64,000 nt of DNA from contig CAZLEV010000007.1 of the NCBI GenBank assembly GCA_964558645.1, positions 32,001 to 96,000 on the forward strand, read 5' to 3'. The notes under the pieces were generated by a model. The model saw nothing but the letters and a program-made list of their open reading frames with translations, made no database searches and was not told where the DNA came from. The translations under genes and the position numbers were made by a program. Source of the DNA: an uncultured archaeon. GTDB taxonomy: Archaea > Asgardarchaeota > Thorarchaeia > Thorarchaeales > Thorarchaeaceae. This document shows, in pieces, positions 50,301 to 59,647 of this stretch (the first letter of the stretch is position 1; each line of letters opens with the position of its first letter).

Positions 50301-52087
50301 GAAGAAACCAGATAGAACCCATCTCTTGAGTTTTCGCTAGCACTGTTGTTCGTTGACGTGCTTGACCCAGAATTCTGTAGATAAAACCCATAGGAATTCT
50401 TGGAGGCTGTGTTGTTCGCAAGGATCACTGAGGTCGATTGCCGGAGATAGAATGCAGGCTCTGAGTTACTACCTGCGATGTTATCTTTCAGCGTGCACGA
50501 ACCAGAAGACCATATGTAGAACCCATGTGAATTGCTGGTGGCGGTATTATTCGTCAAGATGCTCAAATGTGACTGGTACAGATAGAACCCATCCCCTGAG
50601 TTATTGGTGGCGGTGTTGTTCGTTAGAGTACATGATTCCATTTCGGCCATTAAGTAGAACCCGTGCATTGAGTTATTGGTCGCAGTGTTGTTTGTCAGGA
50701 TGGCTGACCCAGAGGAATAGAATAAGAACCCGTCTCTTGAGTTATTGAAAGCTGTATTGCTCGTTAGGTTGCATGATGCCGAGCGGAGTATACGGAACGC
50801 CTGTTCCGTATTACTTGTGGCAGTGTTGTTCGTCAGGCTGCATGAGTCTGAAGCCTCGAGATAGAATCCATAGTAATTGCTAGTAGCGGTATTGTCAATC
50901 AGGGTGCAATGAGATGAATACCCTAATTGGATGCCCACGGATACCTTGTTGAAGACCCCGTTTCTGACAGTGACCTCTGAGCAGTTAACAAGAATGACCT
51001 GACCGTACTCTGACCCGTCAATGTCGCCGCTGGTTAGGTTCGCAAAGTATCCAAGTGGTTTGTCATTGACCGTGTTGTCTGACACATTGTGGAGCCATCC
51101 CGTGATATCACCATATCCTGTCAGGACCAAACCATTGCCAAGAAGCGTGTTGCCTCTCAGAATGCCTGTCGTTGAGTGTATAGAGATTCCATGATCTGAG
51201 TTATTGGCGACTGTATTATCAGCAAGGATGAAAGATGATGACGATTCGAGGAATACCCCATGCCCTGAGTTGCTGGAGGCCGTGTTATTCACCAGGGTGC
51301 ATGAGTCTGAATACTCCAGATGGAACCCATGACCCGAGTTGCTAACGGCCGTGTTATTTGCTAAACTGCATGATTGTAAAAAGAACAGGTAGAAACCACT
51401 TTCTGAGCTGCTGGAAGCAGTGTTGTCAGTCAGGGTGCAGCTGGATGAAGAATCCAGACGGAACCCATACCCTGGATTATTCGAGGCATTGTTGTTCGTA
51501 AGGATACAGGATCCAGACGAGAAAACACCAAACCCTAGGTAATTGCTGGTGGCTGTGTTATTTGTAAGTCTGCACAAGTCGGACGCCGCCACACGGAAAC
51601 CAGTACTTGAGTTGTTGATTACCGTGTTATTTGTCAGGATTGTACCTGGAGAATTCTCCACAGAGATGCCGTTACGGTGGTTCTCAACAATAGTTCCACT
51701 GATGGTACCGTAGGTTGCATTGTTGAGTAAGATTCCATCTTTCGAGGATTGCCCGTCAGAGGAGATGAAGCAGTCTGTGATCTCAAAGTATACTCTCGTG
51801 TTTGAGATATTGATACAGACCTCTGTAGAGGTGATGTTCAGGCCCTCAATCAAGTACGGGTCTGCCTTGGTCCCATTCCCGGCCCATTCCTGACTCGAAA
51901 AGTTAGCATCGGAGGTTATCACGATAGGGTCATGTTCCTCGTACGCGATCGCTTGTGTCTTGGACAGCTTGGGTGTCGCATCCAGGTCTACATCGTTCTC
52001 TAATCCTTCCGATGTATGCACAGGTGCAGAGGCAAAAACGAGCAGTAACGTCAGGAACCCCAATATCAGATATGAACTATTACTCAC
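47357..52087 (-). CDS. Surface protein: NosD/PbH1 right-handed beta-helix, four Ig-like repeats, Thr-rich linker, TM anchor
   Basis: HDPIVI..GNGTKADPYLIEG cap; dozens of ~23-aa coils (GFYL.SS.SCTLTNNTA.NN); GNCWGDY; repeats YExGTTGHxIxW. Confidence 0.92.
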   Translation of the reverse strand: MSNSSYLILGFLTLLLVFASAPVHTSEGLENDVDLDATPKLSKTQAIAYEEHDPIVITSDANFSSQEWAGNGTKADPYLIEGLNITSTEVCINISNTRVYFEITDCFISSDGQSSKDGILLNNATYGTISGTIVENHRNGISVENSPGTILTNNTVINNSSTGFRVAASDLCRLTNNTATSNYLGFGVFSSGSCILTNNNASNNPGYGFRLDSSSSCTLTDNTASSSSESGFYLFFLQSCSLANNTAVSNSGHGFHLEYSDSCTLVNNTASSNSGHGVFLESSSSFILADNTVANNSDHGISIHSTTGILRGNTLLGNGLVLTGYGDITGWLHNVSDNTVNDKPLGYFANLTSGDIDGSEYGQVILVNCSEVTVRNGVFNKVSVGIQLGYSSHCTLIDNTATSNYYGFYLEASDSCSLTNNTATSNTEQAFRILRSASCNLTSNTAFNNSRDGFLFYSSGSAILTNNTATNNSMHGFYLMAEMESCTLTNNTATNNSGDGFYLYQSHLSILTNNTATSNSHGFYIWSSGSCTLKDNIAGSNSEPAFYLRQSTSVILANNTASKNSYGFYLQNSGSSTSTNNSASENSRDGFYLVSSGSCMLINNTAKTNSECGLYLVSSGSCTLANNSAESNSEIGFYLSNSASCTLTNNNASKNSRDGFYLFDSESCTLTDNYARSNLDYGFRLESSAYGTLIGNTASSSSYSGFWLRDSGGSTLMNNTAMDNSGSGFYLNSSANCALTGNIASTNSEHGFCLNSSANSTLTDNTAYGNLGIGLLVYSSASSILTNNTAYGNLGIGLLVYSSGSSILTNNTAYGNSGIGLYVYLSELSTLTNNTAHGNSGYGFYLLKSNSCTLKHNNASDNSGDGFILSSSSNSALMNNTATSNSRHGFYLHHSDSCTLMNNTATSNLDYGFCLYYSSSCVLRNSTLVGNGVFIRGSTMFHWFHDIIGNMIDGRPLGYSANLTSGNIDGFQYAQIILVNCSGVTVRNGVFTNVPIGIQLAYSPHCNLTNNTATNSLFGFYLWFSESCTLTNNNASSNSYGFYLSSSWSCTLTNNTASNNSNVGFWLSSFSNSVLTNNTAMNNWQYGIYIDPGSSQNTVNYNRIWGNGVINARDDGSDNNWDDGESTGNCWGDYVGTGTYIIEGVAGSIDRYPVKCAGTPPIMDSPEDIDYEAGATGHSIAWSPYDTNPDRYEVYRNGILIDSDDWSGSEILVDVDNLSVGSYNYTIVVYDTSDNWVSDSVFVTVVDTTEPMIDNPEDMEYEAGTTGHIITWSPSDLYPDRYELHRNGSLIDEGDWDGSPILADVDGLDLGAYSYTLVVYDTSDNGNSDTVFVTVVDTASPTIDYPEDIGYEEGTTGHTITWSPSDLYPDRYELYRNGSLICSDDWTGTAIAVSVDGLTLGAYNYTIMVYDTSENWSSDTVFVSVVDTTPPTVDSPEDIQYEEGTSGHNITWSGSDLYPDRYELYVNGSLSYSDEWNGSEILVSVDGLTLGIYNYTLVVYDTSGNSNSDTVFVTVLSSTITTTTSTTTSSTTTTTTTTTATEPVMDPLLSLVLLIAGAGAAVVVLLLYVFRFKRKS
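49650..49787. repeat. Near-perfect 69-bp tandem duplication (one beta-helix coil)
   Basis: Copies 49650-49718 and 49719-49787 differ at a single base. Confidence 0.9.
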
Positions 52088-52718
52088 GGCAAGAACTTCC
52101 CGAGCGCCTCAATCATCAGACTCGTAATAAGACTTGTCCGCCTCTGAGAACCCGGTGAGTGGAACAGATTGCTCTGATGCATGTCCAGTCCTGTGAAGGT
52201 CACCCCATGGATATGGCTCTTGCTTGGCTCAGGGTCGGCGTAGCAGTGCCTGCCTGTCGCCCGTGTCGTCGAAAGCCTATCAACCTCTGCCTTACTCCAT
52301 TTCAAAGAGTCTGCAGACACCATCACTATAAATCTTAGCACGGAATTCAGAATGCTCGAATGTGCGGCAACCAGTATTCATGACGAACAATTAGGCGGCC
52401 GAGACGAATTGCCCTCTCTCAAATGACGCAACAGTCATCAACGAACCACTTGAGTGAGATGGGATCAGAACATCGCAGAGGCCACTCTGATGAGCCGACG
52501 ATAGGTGGGTGATTGAAGATGGTAGTCTTCGAGTAGTTGCAGATTGCTTGAGGTAACTCAGCGGGACGCACGTTCGTGGGTCTTCACAGACTGGGCATTC
52601 TAGATTTCCTTGAATATGCGGATTGGTATTATTTGACAAGACGCCCGTGTATGCGAAACGGTTAAAGTTAGGCAGACTGTCGTCACACAACAGATACTTC
52701 CTGTTCGGAGAAAGAGGA

Positions 52719-54740
52719 ATGCCGATAATACTTGAGGACTCGGACCTTCGTCTCAATAGAGCCGTTACTTTCGAATGGTTATACACCAACGGCCTGGGAG
52801 GTTACGCGTCGTCAACCATTGTAGGTCTCAATACTAGAGGTTACCATGGCTTGCTGGTCTGTTCCTTGAATCCTCCGGTTGATAGATGGCTGACTCTATC
52901 ACGACTGGACGAAGTAGTGGTCACATCAGAAGGCGAATGCAATCTAAGCACTCAGCACACAGTTGATGGTGTGACACACAGGGGATACAGACAGCTGGCT
53001 GGATTCCAGCTCAATCCATTGCCCCAGATGAGCTACGCAACAGATTGTGTCAAGATGCAGAAGACTGTGTTCATGTCTTATCGCCGAAATGTCACCATCG
53101 TCAACTACGAGCTTGAAACAGGTGAGGAGACCGTCTTCACCGTCACCCCACTCCATACAGCACGCGATATCCACGCGAGGCCTCCTGTGATTGACTACTC
53201 ACCCGAGTATGAAGTGGTTGACAGGCATACCTACTACGCATTTGACGATAGATTCCATAGTCCCTGGGTGTTCGCATACTCTCCAGACGCCGAGTTCATG
53301 CCATCGACTCCTATCAGGATTACCGAGAACCAGGTATACAGGAAGGACAAGGCTCAGGGGATGCCGCATGAAGAACCCCTCTGGATTCCCGGTGTCTTCC
53401 ACAATGTCCTCGAACCCGGTTCGCATTTTCTGTCTTTCCTGTATGCTGCAGGCGGGTCGCGGGATGATTTGAACAGCCAGCTCGGGACACTCATGCAGGC
53501 GACAAGGAAGGACTTTGCGAAACTGAGGTTCGAAGAACTGAGACGTCGCAAGGTCTTGAATGATCGGGCATACTCGCTCTCCAAAAGGGAGAGAGATGAA
53601 GATGTGGAATGGCTTGTCTTCAATGCGGATTCATTCATTGTTGACCGTGTCACAACGAACTCGCGATCTGTTATTGCCGGCTACCACGAGTTGGCCGACA
53701 TCGGTCATGATGCGTTGCTCTCCTTGCCTGGACTGACCGTGGCTATTGGCAGGTTTCAGGATGCTCGAGAGATACTCCGAACCTACGCTCGGCATTCAAG
53801 ATATGGCCTAGTAGCCAATGACTTTCCAGACCATGGGATACAGCCCGAGTATGACAGTGTTGATGCGTCTCTGTGGTTCATCATGGCGGTCTGGCATTAT
53901 ATTCAGGCCACAAACGACCTTGAGTTCCTGCGCGGACTCATTTGGGACACAATGGAGAATATCATATCTTCTTTCAGAATAGGCACCAAGTACAATATTC
54001 ATGAAGACCATGACGGTCTGATCTGTTCAGGCATCGAGGGGGTTGAAGTCACTTGGATGAACGAGATGATAGAGGACTGGGTAGCAACTCCCAGGAACGG
54101 AAAGTGTGTCGAGGTGAACGCTCTCTGGTTCAATGCCCTCATGGCTCTGGGAGACATGGCTGAACTGAAAGGACGGGACCCCTATGAGTACCGTGCTGTT
54201 GCTTCATGGATAAAGGAGGCCTTCGTCCAGACCTTTTGGGATGAAGAACTCGGTTATCTGTATGATGTTGTGACTGATGAAGAGAAAGACGCATCGATAC
54301 GGCCCAATCAGATCTTTGCGTTGAGTCTGCCCTTTCCACTCCTAGAGGAAAAACAGGGTAAGGCGGTGTTCAGAACAGTCACCGAAGAGTTATTGACGCC
54401 TTATGGTCTCCGAACCCTATCTCCTAAGGACGCGAGGTTCGCTCGGGCTGTGACTGGTGGGCCTAGGAGCAGAGCAGGGGCAATCCATCAAGGAGCTGTA
54501 CATCCGTGGCTGATAGGTCCCTACATATCTGCATATCTTACACTCAACGGAAGAAGCGAGCTGAGCAGAAAGCACGCTGAAAGGAAGTTCTTCAGACCCG
54601 TTCTCAGCACCGTACGGAATGGCTGTCTGGGCACGATATCTGACGTCTATGATGGTTCGAAGCCACATAGAGACCGCGGTTGTGTATCCAGGGCTCGTAA
54701 TGTTGCAGAGCTGCTCCGTGTGTATTTTGAAGAGCTCTGA
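52719..54740 (+). CDS. Amylo-alpha-1,6-glucosidase / glycogen debranching enzyme family, catalytic motifs degenerate
   Basis: EWLYTNGLGGYASST, NTRGYHGLL, DASLWF, GKCVEVNALW, IRPNQ and TPYGLRTL. TWMD appears as TWMN and ISE as ISD. ATG 52719 follows AGAGGA. Confidence 0.85.
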   Translation: MPIILEDSDLRLNRAVTFEWLYTNGLGGYASSTIVGLNTRGYHGLLVCSLNPPVDRWLTLSRLDEVVVTSEGECNLSTQHTVDGVTHRGYRQLAGFQLNPLPQMSYATDCVKMQKTVFMSYRRNVTIVNYELETGEETVFTVTPLHTARDIHARPPVIDYSPEYEVVDRHTYYAFDDRFHSPWVFAYSPDAEFMPSTPIRITENQVYRKDKAQGMPHEEPLWIPGVFHNVLEPGSHFLSFLYAAGGSRDDLNSQLGTLMQATRKDFAKLRFEELRRRKVLNDRAYSLSKRERDEDVEWLVFNADSFIVDRVTTNSRSVIAGYHELADIGHDALLSLPGLTVAIGRFQDAREILRTYARHSRYGLVANDFPDHGIQPEYDSVDASLWFIMAVWHYIQATNDLEFLRGLIWDTMENIISSFRIGTKYNIHEDHDGLICSGIEGVEVTWMNEMIEDWVATPRNGKCVEVNALWFNALMALGDMAELKGRDPYEYRAVASWIKEAFVQTFWDEELGYLYDVVTDEEKDASIRPNQIFALSLPFPLLEEKQGKAVFRTVTEELLTPYGLRTLSPKDARFARAVTGGPRSRAGAIHQGAVHPWLIGPYISAYLTLNGRSELSRKHAERKFFRPVLSTVRNGCLGTISDVYDGSKPHRDRGCVSRARNVAELLRVYFEEL

Positions 54741-54820
54741 TAACCGTCCGCCATAGCCACATCTCTATAAGACCGAGTTACGGGTCTGAAGACTCAGCCA
54801 GAGAGGAGCTGTATCGTGAG

Positions 54821-55813
54821 ATGGAAGTTATCGATGGAGTCTTCAGGATTGCGGTGCCTACTCCCTTTCCAGTGGGTCGCGTGAACGCATACCTCATCGC
54901 TGGCGATTCTGTGACGCTGATCGACTGTGGTCCGAATTCTGACAAGTCGCTGGTCGAACTCCTCCACGGGTTCGAGTTGGCGGGCATTGATGTGGCCTCT
55001 CTAGAACAGATTCTTCTTACCCATGGTCACATAGATCACACAGGTCTCGTGTCTGCAGTCTGCGATGAAGTGGAGAAACGCGGCGGCACACGGCCCAACG
55101 TCTGGCTTCACAAGAACGACCACCATAGAGTGATTGATCACGAGAAGTACATCCGCAGCCGGGTTCGTTCATATATTGAGATTGTTGAGAGAGGTGGAGC
55201 CCCGCAGGAGATTCTTGATCACATGCCTTACGATTCACTTGTCAGGCGGTTCATGGGGTTTGGCCGATCTATCCCTCATGCTTTTGCCCTGGGAGACGGA
55301 CAGGTCTTCGATTCAGCAGTGGGTCCGCTTACGTGCATGTGGGTCCCTGGCCATACACTTGGTTCAGTGTGCTTCATTGCTGAAGAACAGCAAGTCCTCT
55401 TCAGTGGAGACCATTTGCTCAGTGACATTAGTTCCAATCCGAGCCTGGACTTCGACAGGTCAAGCGACATCATGATGCTAAGATACTTGGATTCTCTGTC
55501 CGCCTTGGAGAGGTACGGGGATTACCTGGCTCTTCCGGGTCATAGGGCTGCCATCAGCAACACAAAATCCCGAATCAGTGAACTCCGCGCTGACATCTTT
55601 CACAAACTTGAGAGGATGGAGGAACTGCTCTCAGACAGTCGCCAGACAATCTACCAGCTGTCAAGAGGTATCTATGGGCAATACGGAATTGACCAGATTG
55701 TGCTGGCTCTTGCTGAGACGATGGACTTGGTGAGAGTGCTGGAGGCGAATCAGAAGACGATAATATCCGACATGGATGGAGTCATCACCGTCAGCAAGAG
55801 GTCAGCGTACTAG
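54821..55813 (+). CDS. MBL-fold metallo-hydrolase with C-terminal wHTH-like tail
   Basis: LIDCG, THGHIDH, PGHT, FSGDH and LPGH. Confidence 0.9.
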   Translation: MEVIDGVFRIAVPTPFPVGRVNAYLIAGDSVTLIDCGPNSDKSLVELLHGFELAGIDVASLEQILLTHGHIDHTGLVSAVCDEVEKRGGTRPNVWLHKNDHHRVIDHEKYIRSRVRSYIEIVERGGAPQEILDHMPYDSLVRRFMGFGRSIPHAFALGDGQVFDSAVGPLTCMWVPGHTLGSVCFIAEEQQVLFSGDHLLSDISSNPSLDFDRSSDIMMLRYLDSLSALERYGDYLALPGHRAAISNTKSRISELRADIFHKLERMEELLSDSRQTIYQLSRGIYGQYGIDQIVLALAETMDLVRVLEANQKTIISDMDGVITVSKRSAY

Positions 55814-56013
55814 AAACACCATAGACTCTTAAGCAGTCATGTCTCTCTTTCAGGTGCAGTCACCCGTTTTCTTCCATCAGAGGGTACTAGGATGGTATCC
55901 ATGATGAATAAACCAAGTAATACAACTCCCATTGGCTACAGCACGCCGGCAGACGCACCTCCAGTACCGACCGGCTATTCTTATGGAGTTGTCCTTGGCT
56001 GGAGGAGCTAACA

Positions 56014-59000
56014 ATGAAACGAATGAATACAATTGCAATCATAACATTGCTCTTGTGCAGTATTGCCGCTTCTATGGCATTTGTTTCTGCACAAGATAGT
56101 GAAGCCCCTGAGCTGAATGTGTCATGGCAGGTCGTGAGTGAATCGTCCGATTTTGAACACACGTCGGAAAGGTCACAATGGATCTTTGGACCTCAACCAA
56201 CAGTTTGGCTCGGATACGCAGAAAACTTGACCAGCACAGAAGAGAATGCCTACAGGGTAGAAGTCGGGACACCTCTGCTCCTGAATATCACAATTCCGAA
56301 GACATTCTTGGGAGAAGGAGCTGAACTTGACGTAGTGCGGTTCTGGGGTGCGACTTACTTAGAAAGAAGCCCCGTCTTTGTTCTTGAGTACAACGCCACA
56401 GCTGATTCCTGGGCACTCCTCAGTCTGGACTATGAACCAGGTAGCGAAGAACCGTCTCATAGCGACTTCATCGCGCTTTATAGTGATGAGAGTGAATACT
56501 CAGAAACATCTGAGGACTATCAAGTAGTCTTCTCAATCGAGTTCTTGGAACTCGTTGTCGAAGCTATCTTCTGGACAGGCATGGAGACGTTAGATGACCA
56601 GGGCCGTGTTGTTTCGCCATCCTGGTTGGCACGACTCGAATCTGGCAGGTTTGAAACACCCCCTATCGGCTTGGGAGTTGAAGTCAATTTTGGTCGCTTT
56701 GCTCTACCCGAGTACTACTATGCCGACATCGTGGATGAAGCAGGTAATCTGCTCCATTATGTTGATTCACATGACAATTTCACTTTCCGTATGAGAGCCA
56801 ATGAGCCATTCGGCAGAATCGAGGTTCCATTTGCATTCTTGACTAACGACAGTGATTATGTGAGAAACTACACGTGGCGCATGCCTAAGGATATGTATGA
56901 CCGATTTGGTGGCTGGAGTGACTGGATCACCTACATGCCGCCTATGCTAGCTTATGTCTTCAATGGAACGCATGCTTATGGTGCTGTCTCGTATCTGGAT
57001 AACATCACTTGGACCTGGAGTTTCGCACTGAGCCAGTGGACAGTGGACTATGACTTGCTTATCAACGAGACCCTTGACCTCTCGGTCTTCTACTACCTGA
57101 AAAATACCAGCATAGAGCATGATGGCGCTTGGGTTTCATGGACAGGCTATTTCACTGAAGATGTAGACATGAATCCATGGGATCCAACCAAAAAGGGTGG
57201 TACTGTTACTCCTGACCCCTACTTCTGGACTGTCTTAGACACAGATGCCGAACCCATGCATGCCAGTGCAGAGATAGCTAACCACAACACGGTGCGTTTA
57301 GCTTACAAGGAGATGTTCATAGAGGCCTTCTTGCGGAAGGACGGCGAGATTGTTCGGAGGGCACAACAGGGTGAAACCCTGAATCTAACCATGCTGATTC
57401 ATTCCCCTGCGGCGTATATCAACGGCAGTTTCTATATCGAGGACAACAGTAATCCTGACATTGATGGATACCTTGTTCACATACATAGACACAATTTCTC
57501 AGTATGGATGACTGCCTCTGGGCGAGCTTCAAACTCAACACACTACTGGCGCCATCAGACAACGCATGCCCTGACCATGGACCTTGACCTCGATACCGCG
57601 TGGACTAATTCTACAACAACTAGATGGGTCTACACTAGTGACCACGTCTTCGTGGGTGAATTCTCAGATGAGAGCTCTACACTATTGACGGTCATAGACC
57701 ATCAGATCTCCATTGATGAAGGGCTTACTACGATCGAACTAGACTTCGTCTTCGAGGCAGAGGCACCATCGATGAAGATTGATGATGCAGGCATCGCCTC
57801 AGCCTACAGTTATGCGATTCAGGTCAACTATACAGACGACGGTGGTGCAACATGGAAGTTACATCCGCCCGAGGTAAACTGGACCCATCCGCATCTCTCT
57901 GGCGACACAATTCAGTTCCTGCACGATGAGATTCTATGGAGCCCAGCACATCTCCTACTCGGGGATGTCGAAGCGTGGGAACCCCAGAAGTGGACGATAA
58001 CAGAAGAAGGTGCCATAGACCTCGATGGGAACATCTTCACCACTGATGACCAGTATTTTGTCAAACGGACGGGGTACTGGCATGACCACGGAAATGTAAC
58101 CGTCGAAGGTATGCATGTCGGCATAAACCTGGACCCGTCTCCTGGCAACGATGGCGATGAGTTCATTTCCAATAGCTGGATGGGTGTGGCCTCAATGATT
58201 GTGGAGTTCGAGGCCAACGAAACGTTCTACTGGTATCGTGCATCGAACTTCACTTCAGTTGGGTCTGCCGAGATGCAGGACATCAAGGAGACCATGTATG
58301 CTGATATTGACCAAGAGATTGCTGTGCCAGGTTACGATTGGGTTGCGTGGCTCTCTAAGAATAGGACTGTCGATCTGACGGCAATCACGGGCTTAGATAG
58401 CAACTCATGGGAAACCACCTGGTTTGCTTGGGGCACTGAACAAGCATTCAGAGTAGCGACGAATGCAACCTCAACAACGTGGGCGGCTTTCAGAGCAGAA
58501 TACGCTGGACTGCTCGTATTCAATGATCTTGACCCCGACGGTGCAGGCCCTATGGAACCGAACGGTGCTCCTGATTTCTCGATTCAGGAAGGAAAAGTGG
58601 TCACGGATGAGGTGACCCATCTGGTCCTCATTGACAAGGTTGGCTCTGTAGAATTGCGTCGGCCCTTTGGAGCAACGAACGATACTGGAGATGTTAATGT
58701 TTCACCTGACGCCGAGGTCAACTTTGGAATCACAATAGCAGATGTTCAGGTCACACTCTATCCATTACAGGTGGAGAACTCGAATGGCCTGAGAGGACCT
58801 TGGGCCTTCCGAGAGTCCTTTGAGGGTGCAATGGGCCTAAACTCCACAGATTTCGACTACTGGATTACTCATGCTGACGTAGACGAAATGGCCTTCGATA
58901 TCACGTTCAGTGTAGAGATGGCCGAATACAATCCTGAGGATGAGAGCACCTGGAATCATGCCGCTGCATTCAAGGTTGACCAGAAGTTCGGGGACTGGGC

Positions 59001-59595
59001 TCTAGATGAATTCGGAAACGAAGTGCTAGAGGGCCGTTCTCTCGCAGTGAACTTCTTTGGTGTTCTTGCGACAGGTACACGCACCCGTTATCAAGCGGGC
59101 GGGAAGCCAGTGACTGACACCAACCAGGCTAGTGTAACCGCAGACTACTACCAGTACAACTCTGAGGACAGTCCCTTTGCTAATGTTTCGATGGGTGGCC
59201 TCCCCTATACTTGGGGTGGGGACAATCACGCCACAGTCTACACCTCCGGTTCATCGAGTGCTCCTATAGGTGCCTTCAGCTTGATGTACGAGTCAAGTTC
59301 TGGCACTAGTGTGACCAGGTGGCAGGTCGATGCCTCCATGCTGTTCATGACTGCAGGATACACCAATTGGGGTGGCCATGAGATCATATGCGATCCAGTG
59401 TTCGTTTCATACACGAGCGCTCATCAGACTCCTGCTGGCCCCACAACAACGCCCACTACGACAACCACCACCACAACCACTGCCACCACCACAACGACCG
59501 TCACTCCGACAGGAGTTCCGACGGACCTGTACATCATGATCGGTGGAATCGTCGTTGTGCTTGTCGTGATTGTGGTCTTGGTCAGGCGAAGATAG
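56014..59595 (+). CDS. Large secreted/surface glycoprotein with Thr-rich stalk and C-terminal TM
   Basis: GGAGGAG SD; signal peptide; acidic Trp/Tyr-rich body with many sequons; PTTTPTTTTTTTT linker; TM followed by RRR. Confidence 0.85.
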   Translation: MKRMNTIAIITLLLCSIAASMAFVSAQDSEAPELNVSWQVVSESSDFEHTSERSQWIFGPQPTVWLGYAENLTSTEENAYRVEVGTPLLLNITIPKTFLGEGAELDVVRFWGATYLERSPVFVLEYNATADSWALLSLDYEPGSEEPSHSDFIALYSDESEYSETSEDYQVVFSIEFLELVVEAIFWTGMETLDDQGRVVSPSWLARLESGRFETPPIGLGVEVNFGRFALPEYYYADIVDEAGNLLHYVDSHDNFTFRMRANEPFGRIEVPFAFLTNDSDYVRNYTWRMPKDMYDRFGGWSDWITYMPPMLAYVFNGTHAYGAVSYLDNITWTWSFALSQWTVDYDLLINETLDLSVFYYLKNTSIEHDGAWVSWTGYFTEDVDMNPWDPTKKGGTVTPDPYFWTVLDTDAEPMHASAEIANHNTVRLAYKEMFIEAFLRKDGEIVRRAQQGETLNLTMLIHSPAAYINGSFYIEDNSNPDIDGYLVHIHRHNFSVWMTASGRASNSTHYWRHQTTHALTMDLDLDTAWTNSTTTRWVYTSDHVFVGEFSDESSTLLTVIDHQISIDEGLTTIELDFVFEAEAPSMKIDDAGIASAYSYAIQVNYTDDGGATWKLHPPEVNWTHPHLSGDTIQFLHDEILWSPAHLLLGDVEAWEPQKWTITEEGAIDLDGNIFTTDDQYFVKRTGYWHDHGNVTVEGMHVGINLDPSPGNDGDEFISNSWMGVASMIVEFEANETFYWYRASNFTSVGSAEMQDIKETMYADIDQEIAVPGYDWVAWLSKNRTVDLTAITGLDSNSWETTWFAWGTEQAFRVATNATSTTWAAFRAEYAGLLVFNDLDPDGAGPMEPNGAPDFSIQEGKVVTDEVTHLVLIDKVGSVELRRPFGATNDTGDVNVSPDAEVNFGITIADVQVTLYPLQVENSNGLRGPWAFRESFEGAMGLNSTDFDYWITHADVDEMAFDITFSVEMAEYNPEDESTWNHAAAFKVDQKFGDWALDEFGNEVLEGRSLAVNFFGVLATGTRTRYQAGGKPVTDTNQASVTADYYQYNSEDSPFANVSMGGLPYTWGGDNHATVYTSGSSSAPIGAFSLMYESSSGTSVTRWQVDASMLFMTAGYTNWGGHEIICDPVFVSYTSAHQTPAGPTTTPTTTTTTTTTATTTTTVTPTGVPTDLYIMIGGIVVVLVVIVVLVRRR

Positions 59596-59602
59596 TACAC
59601 AC

Positions 59603-59635
59603 GGGATGCTTCGGCGTCCCTTCTCCCTTTTTCTT
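59603..59635 (+). terminator. C(UUCG)G hairpin plus pyrimidine tract
   Basis: GGGATGC-TTCG-GCGTCCC then TTCTCCCTTTTTCTT, 7 nt after the stop of 56014..59595. Confidence 0.7.
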
Positions 59636-59647
59636 GATTCCACTTGG

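Noticed and set aside
48780-51760. Periodic repeats as a CRISPR array or DGR target
   Set aside because: They are degenerate, in-frame coding repeats with no spacers, cas genes or reverse transcriptase.
52487-52520. CTGATGAG hammerhead-like core
   Set aside because: No GAAA after a stem II and no supporting stems.
59440-59510. ACC/ACA microsatellite-like tract (also near 47470-47535)
   Set aside because: It encodes a Thr-rich linker with mixed codons.
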